The notes: generated by a model not told the origin, from the sequence alone. Counted from the stretch's first letter, positions 44,040 through 54,191 are shown. The stretch is 64,000 nucleotides of DNA from Candidatus Saccharimonadales bacterium (GCA_050730875.1 JBOHNX010000001.1:489972-553971), one strand, 5' to 3'. A program made the numbers and translations.

Positions 44040-45932
44040 TTAGACTAACGCAGCTTTAATACGACGGACGCCGGCTGAGCTGGCTTCCTCTTTGAGGATT
44101 TTGAAGGTTTTGCCGTGTTCGGCAAGTTGGCCAGTGTGGTCGACGTGTGGGCCACCACAGATCTCGAAGCTAAATGGTTTGTCTGCGTCGTCCGCGATCA
44201 TTTTATACACCTTAACGGTGTCACCGTAACGGTCACCGAACTGGCCGAGGGCGCCTTTTTCTTCGATGGCGACTTTAGTTGGGTATTCGTGCCAACTGAC
44301 TTTGAGGTCGTTTTGGATTTGCCGGTTAACGATGTCTTCGACTTGTTTGATCTCTTCTGATGTCACTTTTTGCGGATGACTGAAGTCAAACCGCAACCGC
44401 TCTTCGGTAATATTACTGCCACGCTGGATAACGTGATCTCCGAGCACGTCTCGTAGCGCTTGGTACATCAGATGGGTGGCAGTATGGTACTTTTTGTGCT
44501 GCATGGTTTGGCCACCCAAACCACCTTTGAACGTGCCTTTGGCGGCGGTTTGGCTGCGCTCGCGCTGCTCTTTCATCTTGGCGTCGAATTGTTTGCGCCA
44601 ATTTTCGGCTATTTTGTAGCCCTGAATGTTGGCTTCTTCGTGACTCAGCTCTACCGGGAAACCATAAGTATCGTAGAGCGTAAAAATGTGCTCGCCCTGC
44701 AATTCGCCTGCCTCGGCCATTTTGCGGAGTTCGTTGACGCCCTTGCGAAGAGTTTGGCGGAAGACTTTTTCTTCGCGGACAAGCACGCCAATAACTTCTT
44801 GACGATGCTCGGCAACCTCTGGAAAATCTTCGTGATAGAGATCGGCGATAACTGGCACGATTTGCTCGACAAAGTTTTGCTCGATACCGAGCTCGAAAGC
44901 AAAGCGGATAGCGCGACGCATGAGGCGGCGCATAACATAGCCTTGCTCTTTGTTACTGGGCCTTACACCGTCGACGGCCAGAAAGGTCGCACCACGAAGA
45001 TGGTCTGCAATGACGCGCATGGCGTTGGTGTGACTATCGTAGTTTTTGCCTGATAATTTTTCGAGCTTCTGGATAATTGGCCAGATGAGACTTACGCGGT
45101 AAACATCGGGGCTGTCAATGGCGGCGGCAGCGATGCGCTCTAGCCCTGAACCGTGATCAATATTTGGTGCGGCCAAGGCCTCGAACGTGTCTTCGGATAC
45201 TTTTTTGTAGCCCATAAAGACGTTATTGCCGATTTCGAAAAAGCGGGGCGAATCGCTGGCTGGGTGCGGTTTGCCGTACTTTGCTTCGTCGTGGAGTTCT
45301 TCGCCAAAATCATAAAACATTTCAGAATCCGGACCACAAGGATCGCCTACGAGCGTGCCTTCTTCGTTGCCGTTGCGGCTCCACCAGTTTTCTTTGCCGT
45401 CATACAAGAAGATGCGGCCGCCTTGCATGCCGAGCTTATCACCGTTTTCGGCCGAGCCGAGTTCGACGACTTTAGCGTCGATACCACGCTTTTTGAACTC
45501 GGCCTGCCATAGCTCTATGGCTTGATCATCGCGAGGGATATTGTACTTTTCGTTGCCGATATAGCACGAGACGCACACTTTGCTGGCATCAAGGCCGACG
45601 ACGTCGAACAAGAACTCAGCGATCCACTGGATCTGCTCAGTCTTAAAGTAATCACCTAGGCTCCAGTTGCCAAGCATTTCGAATGAGGTGGTGTGTTTGG
45701 CATCACCGATGTCATCGATGTCTTGGGCGCGTAAGCAGATCTGGCTATTGGCTAGGCGCTTGCCATCCTGATGCTCTTCGCCAAGGAGATACGGAATCAT
45801 CGGCTGCATACCACTGCCGGTAAACAGCGTGGTTGGGTCGTTTTGCGGCACTAAATTGGCACGCGGAACGATAGCGTGACCTTGTTTTTTAAAAAAGGTT
45901 AAATAAGCAGACCTAATATCGTGGGCGTTCAT
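44040..45932 (-). CDS. alaS: alanine--tRNA ligase, short form lacking the C-terminal C-Ala/DHHA1-like domain
   Basis: N-terminal RSAYLTFFKKQGHAIVPRANLVP...TLFTGSGMQP, and an editing-domain HTATHLMYQAL...CGGPHV. It ends at 630 aa. Confidence 0.9.
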   Translation of the reverse strand: MNAHDIRSAYLTFFKKQGHAIVPRANLVPQNDPTTLFTGSGMQPMIPYLLGEEHQDGKRLANSQICLRAQDIDDIGDAKHTTSFEMLGNWSLGDYFKTEQIQWIAEFLFDVVGLDASKVCVSCYIGNEKYNIPRDDQAIELWQAEFKKRGIDAKVVELGSAENGDKLGMQGGRIFLYDGKENWWSRNGNEEGTLVGDPCGPDSEMFYDFGEELHDEAKYGKPHPASDSPRFFEIGNNVFMGYKKVSEDTFEALAAPNIDHGSGLERIAAAAIDSPDVYRVSLIWPIIQKLEKLSGKNYDSHTNAMRVIADHLRGATFLAVDGVRPSNKEQGYVMRRLMRRAIRFAFELGIEQNFVEQIVPVIADLYHEDFPEVAEHRQEVIGVLVREEKVFRQTLRKGVNELRKMAEAGELQGEHIFTLYDTYGFPVELSHEEANIQGYKIAENWRKQFDAKMKEQRERSQTAAKGTFKGGLGGQTMQHKKYHTATHLMYQALRDVLGDHVIQRGSNITEERLRFDFSHPQKVTSEEIKQVEDIVNRQIQNDLKVSWHEYPTKVAIEEKGALGQFGDRYGDTVKVYKMIADDADKPFSFEICGGPHVDHTGQLAEHGKTFKILKEEASSAGVRRIKAALV

Positions 45933-46002
45933 ATCGGTAAAATTATAACAGATAAAAAGAGGTCAGTCCAAAGGTCCGACCTCTTTTTGATATATCGAAC
46001 TA

Positions 46003-46113
46003 TTATTTCTGGCTTTCTTCCCAGCCTTCTTTAGCTTCTTCGGCTACATCACCGGCGGCTTCACCTGCCTCTTTTACTTCGTCTTGCGGATCGTCTTGGC
46101 CAAATAGACCCAT
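46003..46113 (-). CDS. hypothetical 36-aa acidic peptide (not in ORF track)
   Basis: MGLFGQDDPQDEVKEAGEAAGDVAEEAKEGWEESQK. AAGGAGA Shine-Dalgarno 7 nt upstream. Followed by the terminator AGAGGTC...GACCTCTTTTT (minus sense) at about 45960-45990. Confidence 0.4.
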   Translation of the reverse strand: MGLFGQDDPQDEVKEAGEAAGDVAEEAKEGWEESQK

Positions 46114-46171
46114 AGCCTATATCTCCTTTTTTGAGTTTAATGCTTATGCTTTTTTAGTATACCAAAGTAAA

Positions 46172-47362
46172 TTAACTAGCAGCGACGCGGATAATTTGGT
46201 CGTTGCCGCTGCCGTTGTCGGTGCTGATATATAAGTTACCGTCTGGGCCTTGAGTGACTGCACGCAGGCGGCCGAAGGTGGTAAGCACTTTTTCTTCTTT
46301 TGTCACGTTAGCATTGTTATCGAGCTGCAAAATTTTGAGATGCTGCCCTTTGAGCATCGCGATTGCCAATGTTCCGTCCCATGCTTTCCAATGACGTCCC
46401 TTAAGAAATGCTGCACTCGAAGGAGCTTGCGTTGGGCTACCCGAACTCCAAATGGCTTCCACGGCGTCTGGGAAACGCTTTTTATCTGTCATGGGTACGC
46501 CAGATTCGTTGTAACTGGCCGGCGGTGCCCAGCCAAAGTTGCCAGTTTTGAGCAGGTTTACCTCGTCATCCACGGTACTGCCGTGCTCGACGCTGACGCC
46601 CAGTGCGTCTGCTTTAGCTTGGGCAAAGAAAGCAAGCCCTTGAGTGTTGCGGTGACCATAGCTGTAAATACGATCGTCGAACTGGCCGCCTTGATTTCCT
46701 GATGCCGCGTTGCCATCGCGGTCTACGCGCAAAATTTTGCCGCCTAGGCTTTTAGGATTTTGGGAATGAGAATTTTGCGCCGAATCGCCTGTGCCAACCC
46801 ACAAGAAGCCGTCCGGTCCGAACTCCAGCTGGCAGCCCGAATGCCGGCCAGATTTGTTCGAGGGCATGCCGATTATAATGTCTTTGCGTTCTTCAAGGCG
46901 GCTGGCATCATCGGACAGTCGCCAGCGTACCACGCGCACATCCGGCGCGCCTTTTGAGCTGTTAAAACAGGTATAGATGAAATGATTTTCATTGAATTTT
47001 GAGTCGACAGCCAACCCCATTAGCCCACCTTCGCCGCGTGCATAAACGTCGCTAATCTGCATGAGCTCACGCATGGCGCCGTCTTTGAATAGGCTGACCG
47101 TGCCTTTGCGCTCAGTAAAAATCATTTCTTTTGTAGGCAGAAAAGCAATATCCCAAACATGATCACGTCCACCTAATACAACATCGGTCGTGAGGTTGGG
47201 CGTGACAGTTGATTTTGAAGGGATAAAAGTAGAATTATCACCCTGCTGCACGTTTTGCATCGCCATTTGGCTGGCAATCCAAATAGCAGCACCAGCGGCA
47301 ACCGCCGCCAATATAAAAATGCCGAGATACAGCCAAGATCTTTGCCTCCCACCACGTTCCAT
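46172..47362 (-). CDS. PQQ-dependent sugar (glucose/sorbosone) dehydrogenase-like beta-propeller, membrane anchored
   Basis: ...HSGCQLEFGPDGFLWVGTGD..., GKILRVDRDG and YSYGHRNTQGLAF are typical of the GSDH family. N-terminal TM segment. Confidence 0.7.
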   Translation of the reverse strand: MERGGRQRSWLYLGIFILAAVAAGAAIWIASQMAMQNVQQGDNSTFIPSKSTVTPNLTTDVVLGGRDHVWDIAFLPTKEMIFTERKGTVSLFKDGAMRELMQISDVYARGEGGLMGLAVDSKFNENHFIYTCFNSSKGAPDVRVVRWRLSDDASRLEERKDIIIGMPSNKSGRHSGCQLEFGPDGFLWVGTGDSAQNSHSQNPKSLGGKILRVDRDGNAASGNQGGQFDDRIYSYGHRNTQGLAFFAQAKADALGVSVEHGSTVDDEVNLLKTGNFGWAPPASYNESGVPMTDKKRFPDAVEAIWSSGSPTQAPSSAAFLKGRHWKAWDGTLAIAMLKGQHLKILQLDNNANVTKEEKVLTTFGRLRAVTQGPDGNLYISTDNGSGNDQIIRVAAS

Positions 47363-47385
47363 TACCCTTATTGTAGCCTAAAGTA

Positions 47386-48435
47386 CTACGAAATAATACC
47401 GCCACCTACGACACAGTCGCCGTCATAAATGACAGCCGATTGGCCAGCAGTGATGGCCCGCTCGGGCTGCGTAAGGGTTAATGTGGCTGTATTTTTCTGC
47501 AGTTGCAATTCTGCCTCTAGTAGCGGTGCTCGATAACGTGTTCGGACTTGGTACTTTTTGCCAGATTCTGGCGCGTCGTTAATCCAGTGCAATTGGTTGA
47601 GTTCTAGAGTATCGCGCCACAGGTTTTCGTCATTCAAATTTGTAGTGACGTAAACAATATTTTTGTCCATGTCTTTGCTGACGACGTAATATGGCAAACC
47701 GCCGCCAACGCCCAGGCCGTGACGTTGCCCAATGGTGTAAAAAATGGCGCCGTCGTGCTGGCCAAGTACTTTGCCGGTTGCTTTGTCGATAATGTCGCCC
47801 GGCGCGGCTTGAACGTACTGCTGCAAGAAGTCTTTAATGCCGACTTCGCCCACAAAGCAGATGCCTTGGGAATCTTTTTTGGTTGCTGTTGCTAGGCCTA
47901 GGTCGGCGGCTTTTTCGCGTACTTCAGGCTTTGTGAGTTCGCCGATTGGCATGAATGATTTCTTAAGCGCATCTTCGGTAACGCGGTACAAAAAGTACGT
48001 CTGGTCCTTGTTCTTATCGACACCGGCAAGCAGCTGACCATTTTTAACACGGGCATAGTGCCCAGTTGCGATGGCTTCGGCACCGTCTGCTAGTGACGTC
48101 TCTAGGAACAGCTTGAATTTAATTTCTTGGTTGCACATGATGTCAGGGTTCGGTGTGCGCCCAGCTTTGTACTCGGCAACCATGTAGTCGACGACGTTTT
48201 GCTTATACTCTTTTTGGAAATCGAACACTTTAAAGGGAATATCAAGCTGAACCGCTACGCGCTTGGCGTCGGCTAGGTCATCGGCCCACGGGCATTTCAT
48301 GCCTGGTAAATCCTGCGTCCAATTTTTCATGTAGACACCGGTAGCATCGTAGCCTTGTTGTTTTAGGAGGGCGGCTGTGACAGAGCTGTCGACACCGCCG
48401 CTCATTCCTACATAAACATTCATCGTTGTATCCAC
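47386..48435 (-). CDS. mnmA: tRNA-specific 2-thiouridylase MnmA
   Basis: PP-loop VGMSGGVDSS, the catalytic Cys region DIMCN and DSQGICFVG. Confidence 0.9.
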   Translation of the reverse strand: MDTTMNVYVGMSGGVDSSVTAALLKQQGYDATGVYMKNWTQDLPGMKCPWADDLADAKRVAVQLDIPFKVFDFQKEYKQNVVDYMVAEYKAGRTPNPDIMCNQEIKFKLFLETSLADGAEAIATGHYARVKNGQLLAGVDKNKDQTYFLYRVTEDALKKSFMPIGELTKPEVREKAADLGLATATKKDSQGICFVGEVGIKDFLQQYVQAAPGDIIDKATGKVLGQHDGAIFYTIGQRHGLGVGGGLPYYVVSKDMDKNIVYVTTNLNDENLWRDTLELNQLHWINDAPESGKKYQVRTRYRAPLLEAELQLQKNTATLTLTQPERAITAGQSAVIYDGDCVVGGGIIS

Positions 48436-49031
48436 ACCAGTACTGTTTTAACTGCTTCTGAAATTGCCAGCCACCAACCAGTTGGGGTAACCCACCAGTT
48501 TACTGGCCATAGGCGGTCGCTTTGGGTCGGATGGTTGACCACGGTTACGTCTTGGCCGTAGTATCGCTTAAATTCCAGGCTGGCGCGGCGTTGGTGGTAT
48601 GGCGAGGTTACTAAAATAATTCGTTTTTCGTTAGGCTGCAGTAGTGCTCGGGTTCGGCTGGCGTTTTCGGTGGTGTCGATCGCTTCTTCGTCGAGCACTA
48701 TCGCCCGCTTCGGCACGCCCGCTTCTATTGCATGTTTTTGCATGGCCCTGGCGTTCGATGGGCTTTCGGGGTCGAGCGCGGCGCCCGAAAAGATGATTTT
48801 TGGTGCCCAACCGGCAAAATATAGTTTGATTGCTTCGTCGGTGCGCGCCTCGGTGTCGCCACCGCTAATCGCTACAATAGCGTCGGCTGGTGCACAGCGG
48901 CTGCTGGTAGCGTCGGGTGCAGCGCACTCACGCAGGTCATCAACGTTCAGCAAAAGTGGCAAACTAATAATGATGGCCAGAAGGCCGAATATTAAAACCA
49001 GAAGTGTAATAACTAACTTTGACACGTTCAT
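48420..49031 (-). CDS. DUF218/YdcF-family protein (ElyC/SanA-like), membrane anchored
   Basis: ...AIVAISGGD...IIFSG...TTENA...ILVTSPYHQRRA pattern. Confidence 0.7.
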   Translation of the reverse strand: MNVSKLVITLLVLIFGLLAIIISLPLLLNVDDLRECAAPDATSSRCAPADAIVAISGGDTEARTDEAIKLYFAGWAPKIIFSGAALDPESPSNARAMQKHAIEAGVPKRAIVLDEEAIDTTENASRTRALLQPNEKRIILVTSPYHQRRASLEFKRYYGQDVTVVNHPTQSDRLWPVNWWVTPTGWWLAISEAVKTVLVWIQR

Positions 49032-49033
49032 TA

Positions 49034-50185
49034 TTATGCTTGCCTAGCAGCGTTTTGCACAGTCCGCACTATGATATTGGCGGCTTCGTTGATCTGTTCG
49101 GGTGTAGTGGTCCGGCCAACCGTGAGGCGTAAACTGCCCTGAATTGTTGATTCGTTAAGGCCAATCGCTTGCAAAACATGCGAGGCGGTTTGCTTGTTGG
49201 CAGCACAAGCCGAGCCAGTGCTGGCCATCACGCCAAGTTCATCTAGCTGCATAAGCAATCGTTCGCCGTCTATGCCTGGCCAGCTGACGTTCAGGTTGTT
49301 TGGTAGGCGCTTTTTTTGATTACCATTCACAACCAGTGTCGGAAACGCCGTTTGCAGTTTGTCCTGTAGTTCGTCGCGCATTGCTCCAATTTTTGCTACG
49401 GCCTCTTTACGTTCGCCCTGGGCGATATCAAGTGCGGTCGCAAAACCAATGATGCCGGCTACATTTTCGGTGCCACTGCGCACGCCGCTTTCCTGACCGC
49501 CACCAGCAATAAGTGGTTCGAGCACGATGCCACCTTTTACCCACAAAATACCGGTCTGTTTTGGACCGTACATCTTACCGCCATTGAGCGTCAGCAGATC
49601 GACTCCTAAACGACTGGCGTGAAGATCGAGATAGCATGCGGCTTGCGAGGCGTCAGTGTGCAAATAGAGCGGAAGCGAATTGTTGCGCAACTGACGCAAG
49701 CGACGAATTTCTTGTAGAAGTTCGGCTACCTGTTTGAGAGGTTGGATGGTACCAATCTCGTTATTGGCGTAGCCGATGCTTACGAGCACAGTTTTATCGT
49801 CGATCACTTTTTTCAGTTCGGCAAGATCCACAGTACCATTGGCGGTAACCGGTAAAAGTGTATGCGGATAGCGCTGCGCGGCTGCAAGCACGGCCTCGTG
49901 CTCGGTGGCGCTCACTACTACATTACTGCCTGGCCAGCGCTGCATAATGCCATGGATTGCCAGATTAATCGATTCTGTTGCACCAGCCGTAAAAACAATT
50001 TCGGCTGTTTTTGCGCCAAGCCAATGCGCCACACGAAAACGCGCGTTGTCCACCGCTTGCCGCACAGCCTTAGCGGCTTGATACGGGCTGGATGGATTGT
50101 AAAACTGCTCACTAAAAAACGGCTGCATGGCAGCAAGAACTCGTTCATCAAGCGGCGTCGCCGCTGCGTGGTCAAGATAAATCAT
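49034..50185 (-). CDS. cysteine desulfurase (class V aminotransferase, NifS/IscS-like)
   Basis: PLP-Lys region LNGGKMYGPKQTG and catalytic Cys loop STGSACAA. Adjacent to mnmA. Confidence 0.85.
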   Translation of the reverse strand: MIYLDHAAATPLDERVLAAMQPFFSEQFYNPSSPYQAAKAVRQAVDNARFRVAHWLGAKTAEIVFTAGATESINLAIHGIMQRWPGSNVVVSATEHEAVLAAAQRYPHTLLPVTANGTVDLAELKKVIDDKTVLVSIGYANNEIGTIQPLKQVAELLQEIRRLRQLRNNSLPLYLHTDASQAACYLDLHASRLGVDLLTLNGGKMYGPKQTGILWVKGGIVLEPLIAGGGQESGVRSGTENVAGIIGFATALDIAQGERKEAVAKIGAMRDELQDKLQTAFPTLVVNGNQKKRLPNNLNVSWPGIDGERLLMQLDELGVMASTGSACAANKQTASHVLQAIGLNESTIQGSLRLTVGRTTTPEQINEAANIIVRTVQNAARQA

Positions 50186-50206
50186 TAGCTTTATTGTACC
50201 GATTGC

Positions 50207-50938
50207 TTACGCGTGGGGCAAAAAGTGGCCAGTGCGAGGGTCGCGGCGGTAGATGTGGCGCGCTACGTGATCGTAGTACAGATCCATTGAATGCATGAAG
50301 TTCTGCAATTCTTCACCCTCCACTACTCGGTATGGTGCATCGTCTTGCACCTTTAAAATACCGTTATCGTGAATTTCGTAGCGAGTAGTGACTTGTTGCT
50401 TCTTTCCTGCTGCATCTTTCCATTGCTCATACCAAATCCAGGCATGTTCATCGAGGCAAAAGAATTCACGCTGATGGCCTTTAGGAACGGCTCCAAACAG
50501 CTGTGAACCAATGCGTGATTCAGCACGAATAAGATCGCGGCGGGTGTATTTCTTTGTGGGAATACCCTGAGACTCCTCGCCAGTAATAAGGCTTTTAATT
50601 GATCGCCAGATAGATGGCTGCACAGCTTCACCTTGTTGGATCATATTCGTAAGCGCCCCACGATAGCCCTCAAGGAGATGGCTAATATGACGACTACGTC
50701 GAGGACACTCTTCTGGAAGATACTTGGGCGTATTCACGTATTCAGAAGCGTGCTCTGTCGCCTGACGGCTCAGACGGTCTGTCTCTTGAGTCGGCAGTTG
50801 CTGCATTGCCTCTGATTGTGCACGTCGTGCGAGTTCTTCAGCAGACGCATGGCCAAATGCAAGGTTTTCAGCACCGGGAATACGGTATTGCAATTCAGGC
50901 GAGTCGCTTGGACGATCTAGGGTTGGATTAGTTTGCAT
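50207..50938 (-). CDS. hypothetical protein
   Basis: 243-aa ORF with no motif recognised. Confidence 0.5.
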   Translation of the reverse strand: MQTNPTLDRPSDSPELQYRIPGAENLAFGHASAEELARRAQSEAMQQLPTQETDRLSRQATEHASEYVNTPKYLPEECPRRSRHISHLLEGYRGALTNMIQQGEAVQPSIWRSIKSLITGEESQGIPTKKYTRRDLIRAESRIGSQLFGAVPKGHQREFFCLDEHAWIWYEQWKDAAGKKQQVTTRYEIHDNGILKVQDDAPYRVVEGEELQNFMHSMDLYYDHVARHIYRRDPRTGHFLPHA

Positions 50939-50989
50939 GGTGGAAAAATCTCTTTCAATTTCCCTCGGTAAGTACGTTGGTATAGAGTT

Positions 50990-51757
50990 TTAGTCGTTTT
51001 GGAGTTTGAAGAGTGTCTGCGCGTTTTTGGTGGTTTGGGCTGCAATAGCGTCGAGCGGTTCGTTCCGTAGTTCGGCTAAAAATTCTGCAACCGTACGCAC
51101 ATGCGCGGGCTCATTTACACTACCACGAAAGGGGTGAGGAGTCAAGAAGGGCGCATCTGTTTCAAGCAGTAAATGCGTGAGCGGGATCGCCTTATACATT
51201 TCACGCTGCGCTTCAACCTTAGTAAAAGTTGCGATGCCATTAACACCAACGTACAAACCGCGCTCGATTGCTTTGTTTAAATTGACTTGGCTGTCAGTAA
51301 AACTGTGCACGACACCACGGAGGTTTTTGTACTTGTCGAAAATTTGCCAAAAATCATCAAACGCATCGCGGACATGAAAGATAAGAGGTAGACCATGCTT
51401 TTGTGCCAACTCAATCTGGGACCGCAGAGCCCTCGCCTGATCTTCCTTGCTCGAGTGACCGTAAAAGTAGTCGAGACCGCATTCGCCGACCGCGACCACT
51501 TTTGGTTTACCGGCAAGCGATTTGATGGTTTTAAACGCGTCATCCCCTAGCTTTGCATCGTGCGGGTGCAAGCCAATACTCGCCCACTTGTTTTGCTTGT
51601 TCTGCACAAAATCAACAGCCTGTTCGCTGGTTGTGGCATCGGTGCCCACGCAAATCATGCTCGTTACATCCGCTGCAGCGGCACGCTCCTCGACTTCCTC
51701 AACCGAAAGAGGATAGTCGGGCTCCTGAATGTGACAGTGTGTATCAACTAGCTGCAT
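50990..51757 (-). CDS. tatD: TatD-family metal-dependent hydrolase/DNase
   Basis: Starts MQLVDTHCHI... (HxH), then ...GECGLDY..., HVRDA, HSF and ETDAPFL. The track ORF's 80-codon N-terminal extension is rejected. It overlaps the metG stop by 14 nt. Confidence 0.85.
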   Translation of the reverse strand: MQLVDTHCHIQEPDYPLSVEEVEERAAAADVTSMICVGTDATTSEQAVDFVQNKQNKWASIGLHPHDAKLGDDAFKTIKSLAGKPKVVAVGECGLDYFYGHSSKEDQARALRSQIELAQKHGLPLIFHVRDAFDDFWQIFDKYKNLRGVVHSFTDSQVNLNKAIERGLYVGVNGIATFTKVEAQREMYKAIPLTHLLLETDAPFLTPHPFRGSVNEPAHVRTVAEFLAELRNEPLDAIAAQTTKNAQTLFKLQND

Positions 51758-53249
51758 CGTTTTTTGGGGTCTGCGGTGCCGGTTTTGGTGCGGTGCGTGG
51801 GTCCTGTGTGTGGTTGTAGATTTTAGGGAACAACACGCCATCATATTTATTAATGACGCCACCTTTAAAGATGGCCTTAATAGCATCTGCGCTTGCTGGC
51901 AAGAACGGCCATAGCAGGTCGGCGATTTGTTGCAAGCTGCCGACCGTATACGCAAGCACTTCTTGCAAATGTTCTGCTTCCTCTGGTTTTTTGGCAAGCT
52001 CCCACGGTTTTACGTCCTCGAGGTAGCCGTTGAGGTTACGGACCATCAGCCAGACATGCTCTATCGCTCGGTCTAGGTGAAAATCGCCAAATTCCTCATG
52101 GTACGCGCCGCTATCGTGCTCGGGTTGTGGAAGATCGCCCACTACGCCGTTCTGGTACCGATTAATCATGCTGGCAACGCGCTGCACCAGGTTGCCGAGT
52201 TCGTTACCGAGTTCGTTGTTGTAGGCGTTTTCGAATTTTTCCCAGGTGAAATCACCGTCATCCTGGGTCGGAACGTGACGGAGGAAGTAATAACGCAGAG
52301 CATCAACGCCATAGCCATTGACGATTTCGATTGGGTCGACAACATTACCAAGGCTCTTGCTTATCTTTTTGCCATAGGCATTTACAAACCCATGCACAAG
52401 CAAAGTTTTTGGCAATGGCAACTCAAGGCTAATGAGCATTGCTGGCCAAATTGCGGCGTGGAAACGGATGATATCCTTGCCAATCACCTGCACATCGGCT
52501 GGCCAGTACGTTTTATAGTTTGGCTGATCAGGATAGCCGAGCACACTCAAGTAATTTATGAGGGCTTCGAACCATACGTACATGACTTGGTCGGCATCGC
52601 CAGGTACGGGAACCCCCCAGCTGAGGTGTTTTTTAGGGCGCGAAATGCTGATATCTTCGAGGCCGGATTCGATCAGTTGCAGAATTTCTTTTTGGCGAAA
52701 TTCTGGCACGATTTTCATCTCGCCCGCAATTAAAGCATCCTTAATTTGTTGGCCAAAAGCAGACAGCTTAAAGAAGTAATTTTCTTCCGAAAGTTGCTGG
52801 TATGGTTGGTTGTGAATTGGGCAGACGCCGTTGTTGGCGGTTGCTTCTTTTGGCGTGACGAAGCTTTCGCAGCCAACACAGTACCAACCCTCGTACTTGC
52901 CCTTGTAGATGTAGTCTTTTAGTTGCGTCCAGATAGTTTGTGCTGCTTTTTCGTGCGTCTGATCAGTGGTACGGATAAACGCCGAGTATTTTACGTTGAG
53001 CGCTTTAACAAACTGTTCGAACGTTTGCGCCATCTCGTCAGTGTAAGCCTGGGGTGATTTACCCAGCTCCTCTGCCTTGCCGGCAATTTTTGTACCGTGT
53101 TCGTCAACACCAACCTGAAAGAACACCGCCTCGCCACGCTGGTGGTGATAGCGCGCTAAACTATCGGCTAGCAAATAGTCGATGGCTGTGCCGATATGCG
53201 GCTTTGCGTTCACATACGGAATCGCGGTTGTAACATAAAATTTCTTCAT
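51744..53249 (-). CDS. metG: methionine--tRNA ligase
   Basis: TAIPYVNAKPHIGTA (HIGH-type), KISKSLGN (KMSKS-type) and a CVGCESF...CPIH zinc knuckle. Confidence 0.95.
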   Translation of the reverse strand: MKKFYVTTAIPYVNAKPHIGTAIDYLLADSLARYHHQRGEAVFFQVGVDEHGTKIAGKAEELGKSPQAYTDEMAQTFEQFVKALNVKYSAFIRTTDQTHEKAAQTIWTQLKDYIYKGKYEGWYCVGCESFVTPKEATANNGVCPIHNQPYQQLSEENYFFKLSAFGQQIKDALIAGEMKIVPEFRQKEILQLIESGLEDISISRPKKHLSWGVPVPGDADQVMYVWFEALINYLSVLGYPDQPNYKTYWPADVQVIGKDIIRFHAAIWPAMLISLELPLPKTLLVHGFVNAYGKKISKSLGNVVDPIEIVNGYGVDALRYYFLRHVPTQDDGDFTWEKFENAYNNELGNELGNLVQRVASMINRYQNGVVGDLPQPEHDSGAYHEEFGDFHLDRAIEHVWLMVRNLNGYLEDVKPWELAKKPEEAEHLQEVLAYTVGSLQQIADLLWPFLPASADAIKAIFKGGVINKYDGVLFPKIYNHTQDPRTAPKPAPQTPKNDAAS

Positions 53250-53411
53250 GCTTGAAAATCCAGACTTAGGTTTTATTGTAACAGATATAAGAGAGTGGGA
53301 TTTAAGAATATGCTGCTAGCGCAGCATCATGAGACTACCAAACACAGCACGTGCTTGAGCAGGAACAAATTGTGCAACGTGAGTGGTCATAACAGATTTA
53401 CTCTACAATAC

Positions 53412-54191
53412 TTACTTGTTCGCAGCAATCACGAGACGGTGCCAATCGTCGAGACTGAGCGCTTCGGCGCGCTTGCCTGGGTCGATTTTGGCTTTGTTCA
53501 GTAAGTCTTCTGCATCAGTTTTGCCAAGCTGCAGACCGCCGCTGAGGCTGTTGCGCAGGGTTTTGCGCTTTTCACCAAAGCCAGCTTTGACGACACGAAA
53601 GAATTGTTTCGGATCGATATCTGTAAACATAGGTTCGCCACGGTGCTGCAAAATGACCACTTGCGAATCGACTTTTGGTGGCGGGTCGAATTTATCTCGA
53701 GTAACCAGTGGTCCGAGGAGTACATGGCCATAAAACTGTGCACTGACTGCCAAAATGCTCATATCGCCAGGTTCGGCGGCCAAACGTTCGGCAACTTCTT
53801 TTTGCACCAGCAACACCACAGCTTTGGGTGGCGTTGGCGATTCCATTAATGTACGGACCAGATTGCTGGTGAGATAGTACGGCACATTAGCGACAACTTT
53901 GTAACCAGCCGGCAACTGGGATAAATCAAATTTCAGAATGTCAGCATGAATCACTTGGAGGTTAGCGGCCGGTACACGAGCCGGCAGCTGACGCGCCAGT
54001 TGTTCATCAAATTCAACCGCTACGACTTGTTTGACACGCTGCGTCAGTTCGACAGTGAGCGGCCCTAGGCCTGGACCGATCTCAAGCACGACGTCATCGG
54101 GCTGCAAATCGGCTGCATCGCAAATGGCACCGAGGCTCTTGGAATCGAACAGCCAATGCTGGCCAAGTGATTTTTTAGGCGTTGGGTTCAT
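53412..54191 (-). CDS. rsmA: 16S rRNA (adenine1518/1519-N6)-dimethyltransferase RsmA/KsgA
   Basis: KSLGQHWL, SAM motif VLEIGPGLGPLT and NVPYYLTS. Confidence 0.9.
   Translation of the reverse strand: MNPTPKKSLGQHWLFDSKSLGAICDAADLQPDDVVLEIGPGLGPLTVELTQRVKQVVAVEFDEQLARQLPARVPAANLQVIHADILKFDLSQLPAGYKVVANVPYYLTSNLVRTLMESPTPPKAVVLLVQKEVAERLAAEPGDMSILAVSAQFYGHVLLGPLVTRDKFDPPPKVDSQVVILQHRGEPMFTDIDPKQFFRVVKAGFGEKRKTLRNSLSGGLQLGKTDAEDLLNKAKIDPGKRAEALSLDDWHRLVIAANK

Noticed and set aside
50990-51997. 335-aa track ORF extending tatD by 80 codons
   Set aside because: The extension overlaps the 3' end of metG and is Cys/Arg/Lys-rich with no TatD similarity. The TatD HxH motif follows the internal Met at 51757.
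53250-53411. Possible T-box leader upstream of metG
   Set aside because: The region is only ~160 nt. It has no recognisable T-box sequence (AGGGUGGNACCGCG-like), specifier-loop architecture or terminator/antiterminator pair. Only short palindromes are present.
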